Notes: generated by a model not told the origin, from the sequence alone. A stretch of 14,937 nt of DNA from Sulfolobales archaeon (GCA_038867615.1 JAWBYA010000015.1:1-14937); one strand, 5' to 3'. Shown: positions 1-9,032, counted from the first letter of the stretch. A program made the numbers and translations.

Positions 1-15
1 AATCCAAAACAGCAG

Positions 16-573
16 CTACATGAGGCAACGTCCACCGGGCTCTAACAATATGCACGGTACAGGGCCGCCACCACCAGGATATTGTATGATATAGTAGATT
101 ACCATTGATGCTATTGAAGCCATCTTCATAACATCAGAGACCATCTTCGATGTCAGGGTGCATGATTCCGAACCAGTATATGCAACGCATATGTATTTGT
201 CATAATTTGTCGAAGATATTGATGCACATGAGAACTTTATATAATTAATAGAGCCGGGTCTTACAATCGTATCTCTCGATGCATAGCATTGAAATAGTGC
301 TACCGACGCGGTGTTTGGCCCGTTGAAGATGATGAGTGCATCTGCCTTGTTTATCGTTACACTGTATGTGAGTGGGTTCGCAACCCTCAGATATACAGTT
401 ATTGTGTATATTGAACCAGATAGTTCGAGCTCCAAATCGCTTGCTAGCGATATCGCTATACCTCCAGAGGGTCTGGAGATGAGGGGACTCACAACTGAGA
501 AATAGATCGCTGCGGCTCCAGCAGCTACTATCATGAGTGCTAGTGCAGCAACTATCTGTGATATAGCTCTCAT
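16..573 (-). CDS. Archaeal type IV pilin-like protein (class III signal peptide)
   Basis: N-terminus MRA|ISQIVAALALMIVAAGAAAIYF fits the [KR][GA]|hydrophobic PibD/FlaK cleavage pattern followed by a ~20-aa hydrophobic helix. The rest is beta-rich with 6 Cys. ATG at 573 is preferred; GTG at 585 is possible. Confidence 0.75.
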   Translation of the reverse strand: MRAISQIVAALALMIVAAGAAAIYFSVVSPLISRPSGGIAISLASDLELELSGSIYTITVYLRVANPLTYSVTINKADALIIFNGPNTASVALFQCYASRDTIVRPGSINYIKFSCASISSTNYDKYICVAYTGSESCTLTSKMVSDVMKMASIASMVIYYIIQYPGGGGPVPCILLEPGGRCLM

Positions 574-604
574 CCTGAGACCCACAGGGATATCTACATA
601 GTAA

Positions 605-620
605 AAGCATAGCTATGCTT
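605..620. promoter_or_regulatory. Perfect 16-bp palindrome AAGCATAGCTATGCTT (possible operator or hairpin)
   Basis: The sequence is its own reverse complement. It lies in the spacer between the 619..942 gene and the pilin start. Function is inferred only. Confidence 0.35.
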
Positions 621-942
621 ATTTCTTGAGCAATTCATCTTTTCTCGTAAGCCACCACCTGTGGATCTTCGATGCGTTTGCCCTCTCCTCCTCCTCCAGC
701 TCCTCGTGGGATGCTGGGGCACCTGCTGATGATATATCCACGGCTGCTCCGCCAGAGATAACAACCAATATGCATGTATCCTCATCGCATGCGAGGATTA
801 GGGCTGGGTCTGGCACATCCTGCTTGCAGAATGAGATCTCGCCTCTGTCTTTCCTGACCTCAAGCTGGATCTCGGATGGGTTTGATAGATAGTCGAATAT
901 GATGTAATAGTGTGTTCTGAAGAACCTGGCACAGAAGATCAT
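619..942 (-). CDS. Hypothetical protein (~107 aa, 4 Cys, acidic C-terminal patch)
   Basis: ATG at 942 overlaps the TGA of the upstream peptidase (ATGA overlap at 939-942), which suggests translational coupling. It fills the gap in a co-oriented cluster. The ORF track start at 978 is probably too long. Confidence 0.7.
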   Translation of the reverse strand: MIFCARFFRTHYYIIFDYLSNPSEIQLEVRKDRGEISFCKQDVPDPALILACDEDTCILVVISGGAAVDISSAGAPASHEELEEEERANASKIHRWWLTRKDELLKK

Positions 943-1364
943 CGAGATCTCCCCATACACCTGATAACAGCTATACATGCAGCGGCTATGATGAAGATAA
1001 GGATGAAAGATCCAAACGGGATCACCGCAATTGCCTTTCCTTTTATTGCCTGTGCTGATATCGGCTCATCCGGCACTAGATTTGCATCTCCCTTGGTAAC
1101 AACCGATGACCCGTTGATCTCTATGATCCTGTGGACAACGCAGAAGAGGGCGGAGGAGCACCAGATAACAACATCGCCTACCCTGGGCTCTGCCCTCGAT
1201 ATGATCAGAAGATCTCCTGGGTATATGGTTGGAACCATGCTATATCCTACAACAGGTGCTATGAACACGGGTATCTCTATGAATCTCCACAGCAACATTA
1301 GAAGGATCAATGCTATCAATGCTACGATGAAGGTGGTTGCAAATAACCTACATATCCTAATCAT
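939..1364 (-). CDS. Signal peptidase I, S26 ER-type (Sec11/SipW-like)
   Basis: N-terminal TM helix, catalytic Ser box VVGYSMVPTIYPGD, GDVV, His box VVHRI, TKGDAN..PD box and a C-terminal TM helix. Confidence 0.92.
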   Translation of the reverse strand: MIRICRLFATTFIVALIALILLMLLWRFIEIPVFIAPVVGYSMVPTIYPGDLLIISRAEPRVGDVVIWCSSALFCVVHRIIEINGSSVVTKGDANLVPDEPISAQAIKGKAIAVIPFGSFILIFIIAAACIAVIRCMGRSR

Positions 1365-1393
1365 CGCCTGCCCTGAAAAATATCTTGGAACAT

Positions 1394-1951
1394 CTATATC
1401 TTTATGAAGTATTCGTTTTTATCGCATCCGGTACAGATGATTCTTAGGGCGGCAATGCCCTTGGGCAGCTCTGACCCTGCTGTGACTATGCATACAACTA
1501 TGACAACAGATCTATCTGGATCTACTGTTATCTTGTTAGGTGGTGTTGGCGAGCATATACCGGCATCATTATATATGTATACGAGCCCCGATCCCGTTAT
1601 TATGTTCGACCATGATGCATATGATGAGCTAATGCCGTATAGCGTTCTATCTATTGAAACATCTATGGGTGACCTATATTTGTTTGTAACAATGATGGAC
1701 ACGGTATTCAGATAGACGGGGTTTGATGGTGCTGATATGAACTTGCCATAGATATAGACTGGGTTTGTTTTGAGGTAGTAGTTGCTATACCCAGCCACCC
1801 TTATAGAGATTGTCGATTCTGTGAACAGCCCCAGACCAGGGTATATTATAGACGCTGCTATGACTGCTAGGACAACCGTTGCTGTTATCAGCAATGCAGT
1901 AACAACTATATCCGAGATCCCCTTCGAAACTGCTCTAGCAATGCTTGGCAT
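1394..1951 (-). CDS. Archaeal type IV pilin/archaellin-like protein (class III signal peptide)
   Basis: SKG|ISDIVVTALLITATVVLAVIAASIIY is a typical class III signal peptide, followed by a beta-rich domain with 4 Cys. The start is either ATG 1951 or ATG 1975; the ORF track gives TTG 1984. Confidence 0.8.
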   Translation of the reverse strand: MPSIARAVSKGISDIVVTALLITATVVLAVIAASIIYPGLGLFTESTISIRVAGYSNYYLKTNPVYIYGKFISAPSNPVYLNTVSIIVTNKYRSPIDVSIDRTLYGISSSYASWSNIITGSGLVYIYNDAGICSPTPPNKITVDPDRSVVIVVCIVTAGSELPKGIAALRIICTGCDKNEYFIKI

Positions 1952-1984
1952 GGAGGCTCCATCTAGTCTCTGCATCCAGAGCAA

Positions 1985-2017
1985 AAGGATTTAGAGTATA
2001 ATATATGGTGTAAAAAG
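1985..2017. promoter_or_regulatory. AT-rich divergent promoter region
   Basis: Short spacer between divergent genes. It contains TATAATATA (about 1997-2005) and GGTG (2007-2010) ahead of the GTG at 2018. Confidence 0.45.
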
Positions 2018-5000
2018 GTGAGGGCTGCGATATATATAGCCCTGATCCTCGCTCTGATATCCATCGCATCACCTGCAGAGCAGATCTATGCCCAGAACCC
2101 GCAGCAGTGGATATCCCAGCCACTGAATTCGAGGAAGATATGGGTTGATAGTGTAAACGGTACCGTTGTTGGTGCGAGTGGCAACCTCATAGCTATATAC
2201 TCCGATGCTGATAAGAAGCTCTACTTCATAGATGCGATGACAATGGATAAGATCTATGAGTTCCCTGTAAGCATACTCCTGATGGATAATGTATCTAGGG
2301 TGATAGATCTCTCCGCTGTGAATAGAGAGTGGAGCGGCTTCCTAGTCCTCTCAAGATCTTCAGCAGCCATTGTAGACCCTAGGAGCGGGTATATATATGC
2401 CAGGTTCGGGCTACCGGGGAGCATAGTTGGTTTCAGCGACAACGCGGTATATCTATATAACCCCGAGGCTGTTGTGTGCCTCGATATGAAGAGCCTGAAG
2501 CCCGTTGGAACCATGCCGGTGAAGCTCGGAGCCGCATCCGTGATTATGAATCCACAGGCCTATGGCATAGACCCATGGTCATCCCTGGTGAGGTATTCGC
2601 GGGGAGCTGGCACAGATCCCTCATCACCTCCCTCAGCAACCACCACCGCTTCTAACTATTTCAGAATGATTGTTGATTGGCTGAACAAGACACTCTCAAC
2701 ATCTGGCCTCGTGCTCAGCGATGTTAGTGGGGAGTCTATATACATACCATATAGATCTGGTTCCCTCGATTTCAGGGATATATACAGTATAATATCTACT
2801 GAGGTGAACGGTGCATGGTGCAGAGTATCGGAGCTGAAGACATATGTAGCTGCATCTTATAACGTTCTATCGCCGTTCACGATATCCTTCACAGCCACAG
2901 CCCATGTGATCAACAGCTCATCCGGCGAGACACTGACACTCCTCGTAGACTATATAGCCAGGGATGACGGTACACAGATACTCGTAAATGGAACAGATAT
3001 ATTCACAGCACTGAACATAACAGCCACAGCTGGTGGCGGCGGTGTGCTATCGACAGCTAGGATCCTGATAGGTGTTGTCGAGATGCGGATGATAACAAGT
3101 GTCAGCATTAACACGATCATGAGGATAGCTGTTGTGAGGGCAGGATCAGCAGGTGGGTTCGACAGCTTCGCAGCAATATACCAGCCATACGGTGGGCTGC
3201 CAACCCTTGCAACATACACGGAGAACGGGGTCATAGGATCAGTAACGCCCCCGCTAGACCCATTTGAATATCGTGTGGTGGGCTCCAGCTGGTCATCTGT
3301 TGCCCTCTGGAAGCATGTACTTATGCCCGGTCAGAGCCACTTCGCCATATATGACACATCTAAGCCAACATATCTAAGCCTCATATACGCTGTTAAAGCC
3401 GATGCTCTTGAGCTCTACCCTAGTTCCGATGGTAGCTTCCTCTTCACAGCCGCCACAGGGGGTGGCGGGGTTGTTGAGATCGGATATGTCTTCAGATCAT
3501 CGGCTGTTAGCACGAGAATTGTTGGTGCTGCAGTTACAAATGCATTCATAGTCTCAGCATCTAGATATGTCTCTGGCAATACTACCTTCTTCTTCGTAGC
3601 ATCCACAGATCCTTCGATGATAAACACAACCATAGCTTCGTTTGCGTTACAGGTGGAGCTTGGAACACTATCCATCGTGTCCGCCTCGCCCGTTAGTGTT
3701 CTCTTCGAGTGGAACGGATTCTCAAGGTCTTTCCAGATGCAGCCAAACACATCTATCCAGCTACCCCTTGGAGCCTCTGTAAAGCTATTCATATCTGGCA
3801 AGCAGGTTTTCACAGGTGTTGTGACTAAGAACCTCGTAGTAGATCTGATGCCCTTCGCAACAGCATCTAACGAGACCAGGGTTGTTCAGCAGATACCCCC
3901 GGAGCTCTATGTGCCGAGACCAGCCCAGGAGATCGGTATTGAGAAGGGGCTATTCCTATTTGTAAATCTAAGCTCAGTTACTCTTAAGAGGCTCTCGCAG
4001 GAGGGTCTTGATCTTGCTATGAACGACTTCTACATAGCCGTTGCGGAGAGGGGCTGGGCATCTATATTCAACAGGTCTGGTGATATGGTGTGCAGGGTGG
4101 CTACTGGTGAGCAGCAGCCAACCAGGGTAGAGATGATCGGTAGAAGCGTAGCAGCTATATACGGCTTCTGGGGAGTCTCGCTCATCGACGCATCGACATG
4201 CACGATCATGGCATCGTATATGGGGCCAGCATCCGTCTCACCACCAGATCTCCTGCTAGCATCGTGGGGCGGAACCCTCGTGAAGATCCTAAGCATGTCC
4301 ACGGGCGAGGTATACTCGGTGCTACAGTCACCTGATAGCATTATATTCGCATACCCAGTGACCAAGGGGACTGCGATCGTTGTTGCGGGGTCTGCCGCAT
4401 ATGTTATCACACCATCCTCTGCAGCCAGGCTTGTACCCCCGAACGAATCGGTTGTATCATATGCATCGAGCCCAGGCGGGGTTGCCATCTCAACCCAGAG
4501 ATCCATGATAGTATATACACCCTATACAGGGCTTATCACATCAAACATAAGCGATCCAGTGACTGGTTTCTACTGGCTCAACGGATACTCCGTGGGAGGC
4601 GTTGTAGCTGTTGTTGTTGGTCAGAGCTGGGTATGGGCTGTCAAGGCTACTGGGGAGATAACTCCTATAATGCCTCTACAGGGCAGGCAGGTTCTCGGTG
4701 TTAGCAGGAGCGGCATAGCCGTTGGATCTGCTAACTCATCCATTGTTCAGCTCTATGACTTCAGCGGATCACTCAGAGCATCTATATTAATGCCGTTCCA
4801 ACCATCCAAGGCGATCATCATTGGGAGGAGCCTATCAGCCATAGGGGGATCTGCATACTATGCACCAGATATAGGAGAGGCTATATATAGCCTCTCGATT
4901 CTATATGCATCGCCAAGCGATGGAATGCCAGCGAACGTGTCAATACCGGAGATATCCTATGAACGAGTGCTGAGACCGGGCGAGTCGGCTACGATATATC

Positions 5001-5986
5001 TGGCATACAGGACTAACCTCACAGTAATAGCCACAGCCCCATATATGGAGGTTTTCAGAGCATCTGTGGAGATATCTGACAGGAACAGATACCCTGCGAT
5101 CCCGATCAATATGAGGTGGACGCTATACCCGGTGAACATATCTGTCTACGTTGTGAAGGCCAACAATATGACTGAGCTGGCACCGAACGCCTCTGGCTAT
5201 ATAGAGGTGGCTGGGCCTGGCGGGAGATACAGGCTAGACGCACCCGGTGGCGTGCTAATGCTCAGATATGGTAACTACAGCATTTCATTCATATCGAGCT
5301 ACTATGCGAACTACACAGACTACTATGTAATAGACTCCCCAAGATCTATATCGATCAACACGTCGAAGCTATATACCGACATATTCTTCGAGGTTCTGGA
5401 CGAGGCTAACAACCCGATCCGGGGTGCCAAGATCGCTGTGGAGGGCTTCGGATCCGCTGTTACGGATGCCAGGGGCAGGGCATCGATCCAGATGATTCCT
5501 CTGGGCTCCCTCGTCAATGTGAGCATCGGTGCCCCAGGGTTCTACACATCCGAGAAGCAGATACCAGTATCTGATATGGCTATATACAGGGAGATCCTCA
5601 GGAGGATAACATGCCAGCTCACCATAACAGTCACAGATGCTAATGGCATGCCATCATCTGCAACAGTGTTTATAATGAGTGAGAACGGGACACAGCTATT
5701 ATCATCAACAGTTGCCTTCACAGGGAACTTCACAATACCATATGGCAGGTATGTTGTTAAAAGCCCGGTATCGCAGGATCAGCCGATAGCCTGTGCCTCC
5801 GGGGAGAACATATCTGTGAACATAGTCACCCCACCCCCGCCAACCCCAACTATTACGCAGACACAGCGGCCCGGAGGCATACCGATCATAGGTAGCCAGC
5901 AGAACCTAGCACTAATAATACTGATCATAACCATTGCATCAGCGATGGGTGTGATCGTATATAGGCTGCATAGGAGAAGGATCTAG
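2018..5986 (+). CDS. Large secreted, C-terminally anchored surface glycoprotein/adhesin (beta-propeller-like regions plus PEGA/carboxypeptidase-regulatory-like beta-sandwich repeats)
   Basis: Sec signal MRAAIYIALILALISIASPA. Propeller-blade-like segments such as KLYFIDAMT, VSLIDASTC and VQLYDFSGS. Transthyretin-like stalk motifs VLDEANNPIRGAKIAV..TDARG and ITVTDANG. About 25 N-x-S/T sequons counted by eye, a Pro/Thr linker, a C-terminal TM helix and the basic tail RLHRRRI. Confidence 0.85.
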   Translation: MRAAIYIALILALISIASPAEQIYAQNPQQWISQPLNSRKIWVDSVNGTVVGASGNLIAIYSDADKKLYFIDAMTMDKIYEFPVSILLMDNVSRVIDLSAVNREWSGFLVLSRSSAAIVDPRSGYIYARFGLPGSIVGFSDNAVYLYNPEAVVCLDMKSLKPVGTMPVKLGAASVIMNPQAYGIDPWSSLVRYSRGAGTDPSSPPSATTTASNYFRMIVDWLNKTLSTSGLVLSDVSGESIYIPYRSGSLDFRDIYSIISTEVNGAWCRVSELKTYVAASYNVLSPFTISFTATAHVINSSSGETLTLLVDYIARDDGTQILVNGTDIFTALNITATAGGGGVLSTARILIGVVEMRMITSVSINTIMRIAVVRAGSAGGFDSFAAIYQPYGGLPTLATYTENGVIGSVTPPLDPFEYRVVGSSWSSVALWKHVLMPGQSHFAIYDTSKPTYLSLIYAVKADALELYPSSDGSFLFTAATGGGGVVEIGYVFRSSAVSTRIVGAAVTNAFIVSASRYVSGNTTFFFVASTDPSMINTTIASFALQVELGTLSIVSASPVSVLFEWNGFSRSFQMQPNTSIQLPLGASVKLFISGKQVFTGVVTKNLVVDLMPFATASNETRVVQQIPPELYVPRPAQEIGIEKGLFLFVNLSSVTLKRLSQEGLDLAMNDFYIAVAERGWASIFNRSGDMVCRVATGEQQPTRVEMIGRSVAAIYGFWGVSLIDASTCTIMASYMGPASVSPPDLLLASWGGTLVKILSMSTGEVYSVLQSPDSIIFAYPVTKGTAIVVAGSAAYVITPSSAARLVPPNESVVSYASSPGGVAISTQRSMIVYTPYTGLITSNISDPVTGFYWLNGYSVGGVVAVVVGQSWVWAVKATGEITPIMPLQGRQVLGVSRSGIAVGSANSSIVQLYDFSGSLRASILMPFQPSKAIIIGRSLSAIGGSAYYAPDIGEAIYSLSILYASPSDGMPANVSIPEISYERVLRPGESATIYLAYRTNLTVIATAPYMEVFRASVEISDRNRYPAIPINMRWTLYPVNISVYVVKANNMTELAPNASGYIEVAGPGGRYRLDAPGGVLMLRYGNYSISFISSYYANYTDYYVIDSPRSISINTSKLYTDIFFEVLDEANNPIRGAKIAVEGFGSAVTDARGRASIQMIPLGSLVNVSIGAPGFYTSEKQIPVSDMAIYREILRRITCQLTITVTDANGMPSSATVFIMSENGTQLLSSTVAFTGNFTIPYGRYVVKSPVSQDQPIACASGENISVNIVTPPPPTPTITQTQRPGGIPIIGSQQNLALIILIITIASAMGVIVYRLHRRRI

Positions 5987-6010
5987 AAGCTAAACAGCAT
6001 ATCAGATCTC

Positions 6011-6022
6011 TTTCCCTTTTTT
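6011..6022 (+). terminator. Oligo-T/pyrimidine tract, probable archaeal terminator
   Basis: TTTCCCTTTTTT lies 25 nt after the stop of the 1322-aa gene. Confidence 0.5.
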
Positions 6023-6024
6023 CC

Positions 6025-7470
6025 ATGCATTTTGTTCATTGCAAATATCCGCTGTGTTTTTGGTGTGGTGTTCTGCTTAGAGCGGAGATAGTGCCGATAG
6101 AAGGTGGGAAAAGAAGGCTTCTCGGGATAAGGGCTTTTTTCAGCGTATCCACGTACATGCCATCCCTGATCAGGGATAGGCTTCTCCTCTGGAGCAGGCA
6201 TGGTGTGTTCATAGCATCGTCTAGGAGGGAGGGTGAGGTTATCAAGAGAATGATCATGGCCGGTGTTGTGTTCACAAACGCACCATCGCTTCACTCAACA
6301 GTTAAAAGGGTCTTCAGAGGATCTCTCAGGGATTACCAGGAGGAGGCTCTCTCAACATGGATATCGAGGGGTTATAGAGGCATCATCTCCCTACCAACAG
6401 GCTCTGGGAAAACCGTTGTAGGTGTTGCTGCAATAGCATCTATAGAGCTGCCAGCCCTCGTAGTTGCATCGACGGTCGAGCAGGTTAGGCAGTGGAGCGA
6501 GCATCTCTCGAGGCTAGCATCTATATCCCCTGTCGTGGTTCACTCGAAGGTCAAGAGACAGCCTAGCCTGGAGGAGATTCTCTCCGCCGATGTCGTGGTA
6601 ACCACATACGCCACATGTGCAAAGAGGATCGAGATACCTGCTACGAGGAGGGCCCTGGTGATAGACGAGGTTCACCACCTGCCGGCACCGTATTTCAGGA
6701 GGATTGTGCAGGCAAGCCCTGCTAGCATTGTTCTAGGGCTATCAGCTACACCGCATAGGGAGGATGGGAAGCACGAGGAGCTATTCCCGATGATAGGCGG
6801 TGTCATATATCATAGATCTGCTGAGGAGCTCGCCTCGAAGGGATACCTAGCAATGTATAGAGTCTACAGCGTCCCCGTGAAATTGCACCCGAGCGAGAGG
6901 AGGGAGTATGAGGAGGCTGTCAAGATGTATGAAGAGTTGAAGGGTGATCGAAGCTTCGAGGAGCTCGTGGAAGACGCCAAATGGGATGAGACAGCTAGAG
7001 AGGCTCTGAGGATGAAGTCAATAGCAAGGCAGATAGCACTCATGAGCGAGTCGAAGATATCGGCTATAAAGAGGATCGTATCGAGACACCTGATGCTAGG
7101 CGATAAGGTGATAGTGTTCACAGAGTATGTTGATCAGGCCAAGAGGCTTGCTGAGGAGCTCGGAGCACTCCTGATAACAGGCGATACACCCGCCAGAAAG
7201 AGGGCCGAGGTCTTCAACAGATTCAGGGAGATGCAGAGCGGTGTGCTAGTAATAACGAGGGTGGGTGATGAGGGTATAGATATTCCGGATGCGAATGTGG
7301 GGATAATAGCTAGTGGGACTGGGAGTAGGAGGCAGTATATACAGAGGATAGGCAGGCTCCTCAGGCCAAAGCCCGGGAAAACAGCTGTTATCTACGAGGT
7401 ATTCACAGCGGATACAACCGAGAAGTTCGAGGTTAGAAGGAGAAGAGGTATAACTACTACACAGGGGTGA
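6025..7470 (+). CDS. xpb: XPB/Rad25-like superfamily 2 DNA helicase
   Basis: Q motif LRDYQEEAL, Walker A LPTGSGKT, DEVH, motif III LSATP followed by the XPB-type RED motif (HREDG), a helical thumb-like insert, EGIDIPDA and motif VI QRIGRLLR. The true start is uncertain and probably downstream (CTG 6073 after GGTG, or GTG 6091). Confidence 0.88.
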   Translation: MHFVHCKYPLCFWCGVLLRAEIVPIEGGKRRLLGIRAFFSVSTYMPSLIRDRLLLWSRHGVFIASSRREGEVIKRMIMAGVVFTNAPSLHSTVKRVFRGSLRDYQEEALSTWISRGYRGIISLPTGSGKTVVGVAAIASIELPALVVASTVEQVRQWSEHLSRLASISPVVVHSKVKRQPSLEEILSADVVVTTYATCAKRIEIPATRRALVIDEVHHLPAPYFRRIVQASPASIVLGLSATPHREDGKHEELFPMIGGVIYHRSAEELASKGYLAMYRVYSVPVKLHPSERREYEEAVKMYEELKGDRSFEELVEDAKWDETAREALRMKSIARQIALMSESKISAIKRIVSRHLMLGDKVIVFTEYVDQAKRLAEELGALLITGDTPARKRAEVFNRFREMQSGVLVITRVGDEGIDIPDANVGIIASGTGSRRQYIQRIGRLLRPKPGKTAVIYEVFTADTTEKFEVRRRRGITTTQG

Positions 7471-7477
7471 GATATGG

Positions 7478-9019
7478 CTACGAGAGGATGCTTCTCTTAT
7501 TCTTCTTACTATTCACGATCTGCATGAGCCTCTCTATCTCGTTCAGAACCATCGTGGGTGCTCCGAGCATCTTGGATGTCCTGTGCATGGATTCCAGATC
7601 CGATGCCCTTGTAACAAGGTCTACCGTGAAGCTCTCCACAGCAGTATATAGATCTGTTATGCTCAGGGTATCTCTCCCGCTAGCCACAGCGGCTATCACC
7701 GCGTGCTTAGCTATAGCCTCGATCTCCCTCGGTGTGTATCCAACTATGGCCTCTGATATATAGTTTATAGCGTTCTCCATCTTCTGATCCCTGTTCACCG
7801 AGACACCGACCTCGGCGGTATATCTCTCTATAAAAGATGTTAATAGTGCTTTGACATGCTCCTTGCTCGGGGGCGGCGGGATCGGGATCTTTATGTTGCC
7901 GAATATAGGGTCTTTGACCAGGTACTCGGGGAGCTTAGATATCGATGAAACTGTTATGACCATCACGACGTTCTCAGCACCCTCCATGATCTTGTTCACA
8001 AGGATCTCCCTGGTTCTCGCCATGGTGCTGTCCTCACCACCAGTACCTGTATTGTGCTGTACAAATATAGACTCTATATTCCTTATGATGAGGAAACCGC
8101 CGCCGCTCCTCGAAAACCCATCTAGGGCTGCACCCATGTTCCTCTCGGTCTCTCCGAACCACTTGCTCAGCATACCCTCTATATTCAGCTTGGCGGCCCT
8201 CACACCGAGCTCATAGGCTATTGATGATGCTAGCGTTGTCTTCCCACCCCCGGGAGGGCCGAAGATCATGATTGATTTGAAGAAGTGGGGGTTCCTGGAG
8301 AGGGGCTTCAGAATAGCCCTCGATATTATATCTGCTATGCTCTGGCTGAGAACAAGCTCCGAGAACCTCTTCGTCCTCCTGATCGGCGAGAGCCCCTGTG
8401 GGAGCAGTGCTTGCGAGGATATCTCAGGCTTCTTGAGGCTACGTATGGAGGAGCTGATCTGGGGTGCGACGACGAGATCTGCTAGTGTGAAGAATATAGA
8501 TGTGTTCGCAAGCCTCTCGGGCATCGACGTGAGGATCGCCATCTTATATCTATAACCCCTTATCGCTGAGAACCCGTAGAACCTTGCCACAGCAGATATG
8601 AATCTCTGTATGCCTGACTGCCCGGGCTGTGCTGACTCCTGCTCCAACGCTATATCTACATCTGTTATGAACGCCACCACGTGGAGGTTACCCGGGGCTC
8701 TGCCATGGTACATGGAGATCTCGGAGTGGAGCTCCTCCTCAGCTGTGAGTGTATGTGCCTCGCTATAGCTCCTCACAGTAACATATATCTTATCATCTAT
8801 GATGTAGCCGCTGAAGAGCCTCAGGATATTCCATGTTAACGATAGGGAGGCTGGGTCTTGTATTTTGATAACGACTATTGGGGATTTAGATGCAGCTGCT
8901 ATCCTTGCTAGTGTTGCTATGTAGTTCATCGCCTCCTCATCGCTTATCGATATGTCTCTCCAGATATCCTCCCTCTCCTCGTACTCCTCCCTCTCAACCC
9001 TCCTTACCCTGTGGCTCAA
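7478..9019 (-). CDS. AAA+ ATPase-like protein, Ycf46-like architecture, with a degenerate Walker B
   Basis: Walker A GPPGGGKT (8237-8260) and pore loop SKWFGETERN are present. The Walker B position reads FLIIRNIE and the SRH region reads TVSSISKLPEYLVKDPIF. The N-terminal half resembles a decayed AAA domain. TTG start with AGGAGGT 6 nt upstream. Confidence 0.85.
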   Translation of the reverse strand: MSHRVRRVEREEYEEREDIWRDISISDEEAMNYIATLARIAAASKSPIVVIKIQDPASLSLTWNILRLFSGYIIDDKIYVTVRSYSEAHTLTAEEELHSEISMYHGRAPGNLHVVAFITDVDIALEQESAQPGQSGIQRFISAVARFYGFSAIRGYRYKMAILTSMPERLANTSIFFTLADLVVAPQISSSIRSLKKPEISSQALLPQGLSPIRRTKRFSELVLSQSIADIISRAILKPLSRNPHFFKSIMIFGPPGGGKTTLASSIAYELGVRAAKLNIEGMLSKWFGETERNMGAALDGFSRSGGGFLIIRNIESIFVQHNTGTGGEDSTMARTREILVNKIMEGAENVVMVITVSSISKLPEYLVKDPIFGNIKIPIPPPPSKEHVKALLTSFIERYTAEVGVSVNRDQKMENAINYISEAIVGYTPREIEAIAKHAVIAAVASGRDTLSITDLYTAVESFTVDLVTRASDLESMHRTSKMLGAPTMVLNEIERLMQIVNSKKNKRSILS

Positions 9020-9025
9020 CCCACT

Positions 9026-9032
9026 ACCTCCT
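9026..9032 (-). promoter_or_regulatory. Shine-Dalgarno site for the AAA+ gene
   Basis: AGGAGGT on the minus strand, 6 nt before the TTG at 9019. Confidence 0.65.

Noticed and set aside
16-1951. Archaellum (arl/fla) operon
   Set aside because: The class III signal peptides fit pilins or archaellins, but no arlH/I/J-like genes are in the window.
245-1994. Alternative ORFs overlapping the pilin/peptidase cluster (245..610, 311..505, 594..785, 626..892, 910..1407, 1404..1715, 1782..1994)
   Set aside because: They overlap motif-supported genes in other frames or on the other strand and show no recognisable features.
2254-5733. Several minus-strand ORFs of 60-158 aa inside the large surface-protein gene
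   Set aside because: They are antisense shadows of a long coding frame and have no motifs or start signals.
7467-7763. 98-aa plus-strand ORF with GTGA overlap on the helicase stop (possible bax1 or membrane partner)
   Set aside because: It lies almost entirely antisense to the well-supported AAA+ gene, is far too short for Bax1 and has no nuclease motif. It is most likely a shadow ORF.
7478-9019. Calling this gene cdvC/vps4 or cdc48
   Set aside because: The SKWFGE pore loop is similar, but no MIT domain or second intact AAA module is evident, catalytic residues are missing and no cdvA/cdvB genes are adjacent.
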